Positions 25,324 through 64,000 of a DNA stretch of 64,000 nucleotides are shown here, piece by piece. This DNA is from Amoebidium appalachense (Eukaryota > Protista > Ichthyosporea). The stretch covers positions 4,658,639-4,722,638 of the forward strand of contig CAVNZM010000011.1 in NCBI GenBank assembly GCA_963693365.1. Reading direction: 5' to 3'. The position numbers and the translations under genes were made by a program. The notes under the pieces were generated by a model, which saw only the letters and a program-made list of their open reading frames with translations, made no database searches and was not told where the DNA came from. Position 1 is the stretch's first letter, and every line of letters starts with the position of its first letter.

Positions 25324-26176
25324 GAGGGGGGTAGGGTGGAAAGAGGCGACAGGGGGGATGGGAGTTGAGGTTTCTGTTATAACACGAAATAAAGAGAGCC
25401 TATTTAGAACCTCTGACGTTTGTGGGGAGAGAGTGGGAATGGAATAGAAGGCAGCAAAAAGAAACACAAGAGAAGCGATTGTTCGTGCAACGAGTACCAA
25501 CAGGAAAAGGCTGAACCGCGAGCTAAATGGGTAAAAAGAAAGTCACTTTTGCATACCACTATCGAGTGTGTCACCGACACGTGTGTGACAGGCAAAGAAA
25601 CCACAAAGAGGGCAAGGCCAATAGGCTGACAGCAGGAGAGGAAATTTTTCCAGGGAAATAAAGGATGCGGGATGAGGGGAGAAGTCGTGGTCTGTCTCTT
25701 TCTTTCTCTCACTCTCTTTGTGCGTGCAAATGTATGTTTGAGGCCCCAGGGGGAAAGGGGGGGGGGGGGGGGGGGAGGGGGGGGAGTTGGGGGACGGGGG
25801 GGGGGGGGGAGGGGGGAGTTGGGGGATGGCAGCAGGGGGGAGGGAGGGGGGAGGGAACAGGGAGGGTAGGGGGTGGTGCTGGTGGATGTGGTGAATGGGG
25901 GGAGAGGGGGAGGGGGGGACCGGAGGGGGGGGGGGGGGGGGGAAGGGTGTGTGTGTGTGTGGGGGGGAGGGGGGGGGGGGAGAAGGGGGGGAGAGGGAGG
26001 GGGGAGGTTGGAAGGGTTACCTTTGCCTGGGGGTCTTGGGCAAAAAGGTCACCTGCCTGCCGGATCTCTTTTATCATGGTGGGGGTGAGAGCGTTCATGG
26101 CGTGAGGACGGTTGAGGGTAAGCCGCGCTATGCCCTCTGCAGAGAGGGTGTAAAGTAGTTCGGTAAATGCAGCCAT
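23367..26176 (-). CDS. Enoyl-CoA hydratase/isomerase (crotonase) family protein, 3 exons
   Basis: Exons 26176-26021 (IARLTLNRPHAMNALT), 24934-24672 (VLVVTGAGKAWSAGIDL...IAEVNGHCYTGALELMLACD...AKFADTHAK), 23715-23367 (WGLLPKWGLSQRLPRRVG...AQQAADWGLVS); phases are consistent. Confidence 0.93.
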
Positions 26177-27251
26177 GGTGTGTTGTTGTTGTTGAGGTGT
26201 AAGCGGATGTTGTTGGATAATGGGCTACTTGGTGAACTGGATCTCCGACCGGATATTGATGATGTGAAGCTAGAAATTGTAGGGGGAATGAAGTGTAAGG
26301 ATTCAAATAGGCTTAGTGGCCCTTGCGTAGGATGGCGCAGGCGTGTTAAACTGTGGTATATTCACTAACAGAAGGTTTCATAAAGCGAAAGGTGCATGTC
26401 TAGGTTCTCTATGCGAATCATAAAAGGAATGAGGACGTGAATCTCACCAAGTTCAATCTGACAGATTGATCTCAAAGCTCAATCTGAACCGAAAGGAGCA
26501 AAGAGCTCTTTGTTTTGACCGAAAGCTGTCACGGTTTATTTGTGTTTCTGTTGTGGTACTGTGTGCGCCTAATTCCTTTGCAAGTTCAGAACTTCAGGAC
26601 CTTGTCAAGAAGCTTCGAAGATGCCTTTTTTTTTCTTATGTTACTTTTTTTTGAATGTTTTGTCACTTTTGTGTCACGTTTTGTTGTTTTCTTGTTTTTG
26701 CTTGATTGGTTCACGTGAACATCAGATGGCTCACAAAACTTACCATATAAGGGCAAAAGAAGCAAAAAAAGCAGTACATATATGGCTATATGAATATGCA
26801 GTTCTGCTTGTTCATTGGTGCAATATTTCTTTGGTATGCAGTTCTATGTACACGTGACTCAGTGACTCACTGACTGCACAGTGCACACACACCCAGCAGA
26901 CACACAATTTTTTGACACAAACACACACAAACACAATGTTCACTTGTACACAAACACACATGTTGACCACATACATCTCTGTAATATCATGCGCCTTTCT
27001 CTTTGTGGTTACCATTGAGCACATACTAACCCCACACCTATACTAACTCGCACTCTTCACAACCTCACCTTTTTTCCAGGTTTGCTGTTGTTTTGTTGCG
27101 GAGATCTATTGCACACTTGTTTTGATTTTGGTACTATTTCTCACTTGTTTGTAGCCGTTGCATTTCAGCAATAGTTACTTCACATACAGTCCAAGGAAGG
27201 ATAACACACACAATCTTTACCGCCGCTTATTAGCACATCTAGTTTAGAAAA

Positions 27252-33672
<6,421 letters not shown>

Positions 33673-33674
33673 AC

Positions 33675-34063
33675 TTCCTTTAACGACCATGTGGGCGTTT
33701 TTTCAGAATCCTTTTTTATGGCAAATCCTCCATGCCTAAAAAAGGAGATTGCTCCATATATAGGCAAAAACCGTGACTGATACCAGCTATTGTTTTGACG
33801 CCTTAGTAACGTCACGCCGCAGAATCCCGGCATTGACCTTAAGGCCCAACCGGCGTTTCATGGTGTGATATTAAAATGGCCTCGGTCTTACGTCAAATTG
33901 ACGTCAGTGCGAAAGGCCACCGATTGGCGGTAATCACCAGTGTATCCTCAAGTACATTGATTTGGTTTTTGCATATAGATCTTCACGTCCCTTTTTTTGG
34001 CATTTACTATATAAGGTGCGCAAACATTATGGAGAAATTTAAAACCCACAGTCGTTAAGGGAA
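33675..34063. mobile_element. MITE-like element with imperfect terminal inverted repeats (TIRs), directly after the RRP46 stop codon
   Basis: Left TTCCTTTAACGACCATGTGGGCGTTTT; right AAAACCCACAGTCGTTAAGGGAA (rc TTCCCTTAACGACTGTGGGTTTT). Confidence 0.5.
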
Positions 34064-34140
34064 CCATACTTGTACAGAGACAAAAAGGAACACTATGCCC
34101 TAAATCACTTACCTGCAAACACACACACATGGACATGCGC

Positions 34141-34174
<34 letters not shown>

Positions 34175-35049
34175 CACACACACACACACACGCGCACACA
34201 CACACACACACACACACACCCACACTAAACACTAACACTGCCAGGCGCGTGTTTTTACACCTATGGGCGTTTAGAAGCGTTTGCTAATGGTAGTACGATA
34301 TCTGATTCCTGCACAGGTGCTTTTTATTGGTGGGTGGATATAAACACACATTCACATGCACATGCACAAAGCAAACATGCACAAGCACACCACATTAACA
34401 CTTCACACGAGCGCATTAGCATGCCAACAACTTAACCGATGCCCGAACGATGTTGCACGATCCTTGGAGTCATGAAAAAGTGCACTTCAAACAAACAAGC
34501 ATTGTATGGCAAAGGGATTGAATAGCCCGAGTACGTTGAAATCATGGGGTTGCATGTAATGGGTTGTTATTAAATTTTGATTCGAAACTGGAAAAATAAA
34601 CAGCAATTAGATTCGTCTTGCATGCGCAGGCTGCTGGCAGCCTGGGGTCAAGGATCCCGGACCTGTGGTGTACATGTTAGCCATGGTGTGGCCCATATTA
34701 AAACTCTGTTTGTGGTGTGTGTGTGTTATGTGTGGCCGTGTGTGTATCTTTTCACCAAGAATGACTGAATGAAGTTACGTGGTCACAATTCTATGCCTGC
34801 AACTGTGTGCACAAGGACACACACCCGGATGGCCGTGGCGGTGCGGGATGTACGTGTGTGTCTGTGGGGGGAGGGGGGAGGGTTGGGGAGGAGGCAAGGA
34901 GGTAGAGTGGAGGGGTCTCAGAGTGAAGGGTGGACGGAGCAGATCCGGACAGGGAGCTCGAGCTCTAGTGTGTGTGTATTTGTGTGTGTATTTGTGTGTG
35001 TGTGTGTGTGTGTGCCACGGTGTGTGTGTGTACTGGTGTGTGTGTTGAA

Positions 35050-35091
<42 letters not shown>

Positions 35092-35491
35092 TGTAGGGTC
35101 TGTAGTAATACTGCTGTTTCATGCGTATTGCTTATGGTTCATGTTTTGTATTGAAGTTGAACACAAAGTCTTGTTACTATTACATATGATACACGTTAGG
35201 CATTCATTCTACACTCTACAGGAGACGGCATACTATTGGCTAGTCCAGTTCAGGAAAAAGAAAGGGCAAAAAAAGCCAAGTGTTACCAGTGTGTTTCCAC
35301 GATCTGATACTGTATCATAACAACTCCATACATTTCCACCCAAGCACGACACCTGCGACAAGTCAATAAACTTACACCCACAACCACACACCCATGCACG
35401 TGTAAGCCCCTTAGTCAACGCCCACAGGTAACCGTATCCCCCCCCCCCCCAAAAAAAAAAAAAAAAAAAAAGAAAGAAAGAAAGAATTTCA

Positions 35492-35531
<40 letters not shown>

Positions 35532-35896
35532 GGGGAAAAAAGGAAGAAGAAGAAGATGAAAGAGAGAGAAAGCAAGAAAACATACACAGGAAGAGAAAAA
35601 TTGAAGTCCAAGAAACGCTCAAGCCCAAAAGCTAAATAAACAAAACAAAACAAAACAAAACAAAACAAAACAAAAAAAAAAAAAAAAAAAAGAAAAGAAA
35701 AAAAGAATGGATGAGTAAATAAAAACTATGGTAGTTGTGTGTTTTTTAGTAGTCTTTTCGCGCTTATGATTCGCTTTTTCTGTTGTGTTGGCTTTAATTA
35801 CAACATTAACACATAGTTCAAGCAAATAAACAAAGTTCAATTATGGTCCAATCAATAGTCCATCATAATTTCCATCAAATTTTAAACCATAATATG

Positions 35897-35992
35897 ACGT
35901 TTGCCTTCTGGTTCTGCAGCTGCTACTGCGCACTCACGTGCACGTTTGGCCGCAAACCTAACCATATTGCGTTTTGTCAATCACCCGATCAC
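35897..35992 (-). pseudogene. Decayed tandem copy of the 3' end of the adjacent terminal exon
   Basis: CGTTTGCCTTCTGGTTCTGCAG...TTGCGTTTTGTCAATC duplicates about 36019-36111, with substitutions, an indel and an in-frame stop. Confidence 0.8.
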
Positions 35993-36013
35993 AACCGAAT
36001 CTCAATCAAATTT

Positions 36014-36221
36014 TCACGCGTTTGCCTTCTGGTTCTGCAGTTGCTGCTGCGCGCCCTCATGCCCGTTGGCCGCCAACCTGATCATGTTGCGTTTTGTCAA
36101 TCGCCTAATCACCGTGGCCCTCTCCTGCATGGTCAGCTCGGCCCAGTTTGTGATGTACTGGAGGGACCCGTCTGATTGGACAACCATAGGGCCCATGTGG
36201 TCAAGAAGGATGGATTCCCCG

Positions 36222-36281
<60 letters not shown>

Positions 36282-36376
36282 TATGTGTGTGTGAGTGTAT
36301 GTGTGCATGGGGGGAGGGGAAGGGGGGGGGGGAGGGAGATGATTTTGGGCGGCGACCCGAAGTGAAGGGAGAGGGG

Positions 36377-36471
<95 letters not shown>

Positions 36472-37494
36472 GGGGGAGGGGGGAGGGGGGATGGGCGGGT
36501 TGATGGTGTGGGGGGGGCGTGTGTTCGTGTGTGCATCCGGCCAGAGGGGAAGGGGGGGGGGGGGGGGGGGGGGGGGGTAATATATCACAGGTTACTAAGC
36601 ACACAGTCACGACGGATAACTTGGGGCAGATTAAGCAGAGCACACACAATGAGTACGAGTTATAAGCAAAGCCCATCCTGGGGAGGGTGTGTGTGTGTGG
36701 GGGGGGGGGGGGGGGGGGGGAAGGGAAAGTGTGTGAGATTGAGTGTGTGTGTGTGTGTGAATGTGTGTGTGTGTGTGTATGCGTGTATCCGGCAGAAGGA
36801 GTGGGGGACAGCCAGAGCGGGGTAGCTAGTGTGCATGTGCATATGTGCGATTTTCCCTCTCTCTTCCTGTCCTCCCTTCCCCCCCCCCCCCCCCCCCCTC
36901 CCAACACACACACACACCCCTCTCTTCTCTAACTCCTCCCCCTCCCCCCCCCCCCCCCCCCCCCCCCCCCTTCCTCCCCTCGCCTTTTCTCTCTCTAACT
37001 CTATTCACGGAGAGGTCGCAGGTGTGGGGCTCGTACTTTTTTGGAAAGCAAGGGATTAATTCTATTCGAAAAAAGCAAAAAAACAAAAAAAGCATGTCGT
37101 GCAAAAGGTAAATATCTCCACGAGTCAGGGTACACGTGTCACGTGTGTGTGTGTGTGTGTGTGTCTGTGTGTGTGTGTGTGTGTGCGCGCGTGCAGACCT
37201 GTGTGCATGTACGTTTGTGTGAAGAACACTCTGTGTGTATGTGTGCATATGGTGTGTGTGTGTTTGTGTGTTTATATTTGTGTTCAGGGGTCGGGGAAGG
37301 GGGAGGGGAAGAGGGGGGGGGGGGGGGTGATGGTGAAAGTGATGGGTGTTGCTGCTACGAAACACATATATGAGCCACAGAAGTCTAGCAATCATAGCAT
37401 CAATCCAAAATAGGCAAAACCACTCAATGAGGTCCATGCATGCCCTGTGAGCCTACTAATATCATACAACCTGAGCCGTACAACAACCACCCAC

Positions 37495-37541
<47 letters not shown>

Positions 37542-38101
37542 ACACACACACACACACCCATACACACAGAAAATAATAACAACAACAACAACAAACATCA
37601 ACAACAACTCCAGATCTTCACCAACGCAAGTACCTTTATGCATAGGCAACAGGAAGTTGGTAATTCGGTACGCTAACAGTTCAAATCTTTCTTAGTTAAA
37701 ACCAAGCAAAACGAGGCGAAAGTCTGACTGGAGGAGGAGCAGGGATTCGACCAAGGGAGGGCATATGTTGTGGGTGAAAGTGATTGATGGTGGTGTTGGT
37801 TGCGCAGAGGAAAGGGAGGGGGACAGAACGGAGAGAGGAGGTGGGGGGGCAAGAGGAGAGTGGGTGGGTGAGGGTAAGGGGGGTTGCGGGTGGTGGTGGA
37901 GGTGGAGGAGAAGTGAGGAGAAAGAAGGTACAAGAACATCTGTGCACCAAAAAAAAAAAAAAAAAAAAAAAAAAACCAGAGCGTAGGGGGGAAAAAAGTG
38001 GCCGAAATCTGACCTGCTACGGATGCATGAAAGGGGCCGTCTGCAGGGCTCTCGAGAGCGAGGGGCTGTTCTGGCCCGGAAGCATCGGGTTTGTCACTCA
38101 T
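36014..38101 (-). CDS. Small conserved hypothetical protein (~98 aa) of the 'LDHxGPxVV..DG....I.NW' family known from fungi and protists; 2 coding exons
   Basis: Exon 38101-38014 (MSDKPDASGPEQPLALESP...) splices GT-AG in phase 1 to 36222-36014 (ILLDHMGPMVVQSDGSLQYITNWAELTMQERATVIRRLTKRNMIRL). Family assignment is from recall. Confidence 0.8.
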
Positions 38102-38308
38102 CTGCCAAGAAAACAGAAGTTTCAACAAATTTCTACCTAGTAGTTGTCTGAGAGGGGCACAGGACATGAGTTCTACCCACGTCGTACTAGTACTGAAAAG
38201 GCCCCCTCTAGTGGTGACAGTCGCAGAGGACTGAGCTGCCTAACCCAACCCCACCACCCCTCCCCTCACACATACAAACACGCACACTCGGCCGCTTTGA
38301 GAGGGTTC

Positions 38309-38349
<41 letters not shown>

Positions 38350-38804
38350 AACACACACACACACACATCCCGCCCCCCCCACACCCCCACCCAAGCACGC
38401 ACCCACGTACTTGATGAGTAAACCAGGTGCCTGACCAACATGAACGAAAGAAACCACACCAGAAGTTAACAAACATCTGAACGTAAGGGGTGCTGACCAC
38501 CTTACAAACAAGATCACACACATGAAAAATACCTTTTTTTTTCGTTTCTATTTTCTGTCTTTCTGCCTTTACACACACTCTCTCTCTGCTTTCTGTCTAC
38601 TAAACGTGACTGGACAGTGATGCACCCAGATAGTCTACCAAATGTGACGCAGAACTAGCCCTATTTAGGGCTCTGTATTATCGTTTCAATAAAGCCAAGG
38701 GTTTATTTGTAGACTAAAGAAAGCCCATTCTTTCCCGACTCTTTAAGCCTTAAAAGTTTCGCCAGACAGAACCAGTGAAACGTTACACTGGACGGCTACA
38801 CCGT

Positions 38805-39359
38805 ACCCAAATACCCAAACCCAAACCTAGATTTTAAACCCAGATGTCACGCATCCGGCATGACCGCCGCTTCGCACTGCACGCCTATGTATTATAAAGA
38901 AACAAAAAATATATACTATAATAAAGCATTATAAAACATACAAATATTTATTTGCGTAATAAGGTAATATTTTGAGCCGAAAATGTACTAGAAATATGCT
39001 TAAATCTTAGTTCTTGGCGTTTTCCTGCTTCTTCTTGTTGTCTCTGAAGATTTGGGTTTGGGTTTGGGGATCTAGAAGACCCCCCCCCCCCTCCCCCCCC
39101 ATCCCCCCCACTTCTACAATAGATTCCTATCCCAAACCCAGATTTTGGACCGTGAAACCCAAATTACCTGCCATATTTGGAAAAGATGTGCTATCAAAGA
39201 GGCGCTTTTCTTATAAGTTCAGGTGCTCGATGGTGATCTATGGCATATCCGACCACGCGATGATTGGTAGCAGATTGAAACGCAATATTTCAATATCCAA
39301 TCGACCGTCAATAAATATATTAAATCTAGGAATCTGGGTTTAGGTTTGGGTATTTGGGT
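38805..39359. mobile_element. MITE-like element with 29 bp TIRs built from CCCAAA/CCTAAA units
   Basis: Left ACCCAAATACCCAAACCCAAACCTAGATT; right rc ACCCAAATACCCAAACCTAAACCCAGATT (2 mismatches); AT-rich core; internal partial repeats near 39050 and 39120. Confidence 0.65.
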
Positions 39360-39555
39360 GAGGTCTAGTCGCCCACTGCCAGAAACATCAAAAGAGAAAG
39401 GGAATTTAAATTTGTAAGAGATCGTAAAAACTTTAAATTTGTAAGAGACCGTAAAACTAAGATTTGAGGAACTAGGTTCCATTTCTTTTTGGTTTTTGTA
39501 TTGAAAGCCATCACACCCTCTTCTTCGACATCTTACTTTTCTTTTTCCAGCAAAC

Positions 39556-46735
<7,180 letters not shown>

Positions 46736-46823
46736 ACATGACAAGTGGTCTCCCTCTCTTTCCTCCCTTTTCTTTCCTTTCTTTCCTTTCCTTTTCTTTT
46801 CTCTCTTTTTCCTTTTTTTTTTT

Positions 46824-46874
<51 letters not shown>

Positions 46875-47864
46875 GGGGGGGGGAGGGGGGGGGGGGTTCC
46901 TGCGATTGGCACGTGTCTTGTATCAGCGGGAGTTGCCGGCAAACCAAAAGCTGGTGTTGCAATTTTTGACGTGTACAAAGTTTAGTTTTCCTTTTTGTGT
47001 GTTTGCCACTTCCATTTATTTATTTTTTTCATTCATTTGTTTTAATTTTTTTTTTTTTTTTTTTTCCCACATCCCCCCGGCCCAATCTTCCCCCGCTTTC
47101 CCCCTGCCTAAATGGTCTGTGGGAGTGTATGCCTGGTATGGTACTGCAAGTGGTCTAGCAAAATGTATTGTGGTGGTGCTGGTTCGCTACCATTTCTGAA
47201 TCAGATAATCAGTGCAAACAAATGAAATCAACGTTCATGATATTAATAACATTCTCAGCCTGATTTGGATTTTTCCATCTTAAATCCACACTACGTCGAT
47301 GACTGATTGTCAAGCGCGTAGTCATTGCCAAAAGAAAAAAAACTAAATAAATCAAGCAAACCCACAAAAAAAAAAAAAAAACGAGTGAGGGAGACCTAGA
47401 GAAAGAAAGATTGCACTGTGGGACATCGGGTAGGCAGCTATTGATTATTATATACAAGGTTAAAGTTGGAATTTATATAAGAGCTGACGTATAAGCCGAA
47501 GTTAAGGGAATTAAGGAAAACATGCATGTCCGACCGGTTTATTGTACATCCACGTGGCTTAAGCTTACATACATGTACATATGCATAGGTCTGTAGAGCT
47601 CTGGGCTATATATTTTGTGGGCTTGTCTAGAAACTTGCCACAGAGCAGCAAAAAATAATTGCGAGGACAAAAGAAAAAAAGTGGGGCGGGGGGGAAGTAA
47701 TTACCCTGCGCCGCCATGGCTGGCGGCTGAAGCGCGTATACGAAAGAAAAGGGGCAGGGGAGGGGGGGAAAGGAAAGGAAGGAAGAAAAGAAAGAAAGAA
47801 AGAAAGAAAAAAAGAAAAAAAAAAAAAAAGAACGGAAGGTTTGCACCCCTGCGTCGGGGGCCAT

Positions 47865-47936
47865 AGGGACCAGCCAGATTCGAACTAGCGACCTATCGGG
47901 CTGCAACCGATTGCTCTACCACTGAGCTATAGCCCC
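47865..47936 (-). tRNA. trnC: tRNA-Cys (anticodon GCA)
   Basis: rc GGGGCTATAGCTCAGTGGTAGAGCAATCGGTTGCAGCCCGATAGGTCGCTAGTTCGAATCTGGCTGGTCCCT: full cloverleaf, A and B boxes, U discriminator, oligo-T about 35 nt downstream. Confidence 0.96.
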
Positions 47937-48736
47937 TTCCGATGCCATATGAGGATTTTCGAGCTATTTATCATAACCATCGCCGCCCGCAAACATTTGA
48001 AGATAGCTGTGCATGCGCATGCGCAGTGGCACTTCCAGATACATTCAGTTTACTGTAATATGAATAGCTCCAATCAGTTTATTATAATTACGTTGAGCTC
48101 TTGCTTCTATTTATTGCCTATGATTGCAAACGACACAACAACTAAAGGTTTGCTATGTAACTTTGATACTGCACATACATATACATGAACTTCGTAAAAC
48201 ATGGGAGGCTTTCAGCACAAATTTATTGTTCAACCTCAGCTAACCAGCTTCAACCAAATCCTCCTTTCCCACACTAACTTCTGAAATTACATTTTAAGTT
48301 TTAAGTTATAGAGTATATAGACATCACTAATTTTCAATTCACCTCCAACCACTGTGTCCTATCAATATCCTCGGAGACTACATTGAGTCAACCGTTCAGC
48401 TTCCTCGATTGGTACTTTTAGATTACTTTCATATCCACAACCTCTTCTTCACACCATTATCATGTCCCCCCCCCCCCCCCCCCCCCCCCCCCAACACCTC
48501 ACCCCACCCTTCGCGCATAGAAAAGTAAAGACGAGAACAGAAAATAAAAATAGATCACCCTAGAAAACCCACAGAACCAATCAGATCCCAAGGGAGGGGA
48601 CCAACACGCGGCATATCTTTGCTCCATGCTCCGCTATCCGCAGCCACACATATTTGAGCAAAAACTTACCATCCACTCATATCCACCTTTTGAAGCCCAC
48701 GTTACCACTTCATAGATTTAATGTTTACAGATTTGC

Positions 48737-62718
<13,982 letters not shown>

Positions 62719-62747
62719 CTGTGAGGGGGAGATGGGGAGAGGGGGGG

Positions 62748-62778
<31 letters not shown>

Positions 62779-62829
62779 ATAGCATAGTGTAAGTGTGAGC
62801 GAGTGGGTGAGTGAGTGAGTGAGTCAGTG

Positions 62830-62922
<93 letters not shown>

Positions 62923-63687
62923 CGGTTTGATTATTAGGGGGCGCTACCATAGATCGAGGAGGTCGTAGGTGAAATCTGTGGGGGGGGGGGGGGGGGGGGG
63001 GAGGGTAAGGGGGAGGGGGGGCAAACTGGGAGGGGGGGAGGGGGAGGGAAAAAGGCGGTGGGCGGGGGGGGGGGGGGGGGGGGGGAAGGGAGGTAGGGAG
63101 CGGAAGGGAGGGAAAGGCATCTGACCGAATAGTGATAATTCAAAAAATTAGGAATTTTGAAGGGAGGGAATCGCGAGCCAGGTCAAATGGCTCAAAATCT
63201 TTGAGAGGGGATTTCGGGCCCAAGCAGCTGATATGACTCTAGATAATCCGATTCACGCCGGCGTCCAATTAATTGATCAATTTCTCTGAGCCGGCTCCAT
63301 CAATTCCGTTTGAGCCAGGGTGTGGCAATTACTTATACCATGAAGGTGGGCTGCCATCGCATTCAGAGAAAGACCGAAAAACATTCAAAAACCGAATTTT
63401 CATCACGTTTACAAACACAGAACACTATCTATATGATATTTTGTTTATATTTGGCTATTTTGTGTGCAATAACTACATGTTATACAGCATACACAGATGC
63501 TAATTGTGCACGCCATAACTTTGCGCTCAAACCGAATTTTGTTGCCCTCCTCTTTTATATAGGCTTGAGCAGATTGACCAAAATGGGAGGAATGCAGGGT
63601 AATAAGGTCCAAGCGTTATCGCCATTTGGCCCTATGGGGTGGGTCAGAGAAAGAGAAGGTTGAGTATTTATTTGTGTATGTACACAT

Positions 63688-63780
<93 letters not shown>

Positions 63781-63832
63781 CGCACGCGGCGCGGCCTCGT
63801 GCATGTGTGTGCATGTTCATGTGCGTATGTTC

Positions 63833-63863
<31 letters not shown>

Positions 63864-64000
63864 CAGTTACACACATATACACATGTGTGTGCTTGAGTTT
63901 GCGAAGGAGGGTGTCCCTCCGGGACCCGAAGATAGAAGGATCGAAAGGAAGAGCAAAGTGGCGGATGTGTTAAGGGCGGGGGAGAAGGGGGGGGGGGGGG

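Noticed and set aside
47830-47864. HDV-like (theta) ribozyme after the tRNA
   Set aside because: Too short and lacks the nested double-pseudoknot pairings.
62929-62979. Additional ABCC exon
   Set aside because: It is a decayed copy of the 62718 exon start, with an in-frame TAG.

Overview
Intron-rich eukaryotic genomic DNA, most consistent with a unicellular holozoan-type protist (inference only). The window holds 8 protein-coding genes and one tRNA gene: a CYP86/CYP704-like cytochrome P450 (-, runs off the left edge), a secreted heme peroxidase fused to EGF-like and carbohydrate-binding-like domains (+), a syntenin-like two-PDZ protein (+), an enoyl-CoA hydratase (-), exosome RRP46 (+), a small conserved hypothetical protein (-), mitochondrial ferredoxin FDX2 (+), tRNA-Cys(GCA) (-) and an ABCC/MRP transporter (-, 5' part off the right edge). 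Most listed ORFs are artefacts of the poly-C/G and (CA)n tracts that fill the introns, mainly C/CA on the sense strand. The strongest unexplained signal is a ~250-310 bp intronic repeat family with about 13 copies or fragments, all sense to their host genes. Its ~165 nt head folds by eye into a multi-helix RNA with a canonical kink-turn whose pairs co-vary between copies. It has two alternative tails, 5'-truncated copies, and 3' ends at or near C-runs. Also notable are decayed copies of splice junctions beside real ones, two GC-AG introns and an apparent frameshift in the peroxidase. All structures and alignments were made by eye.
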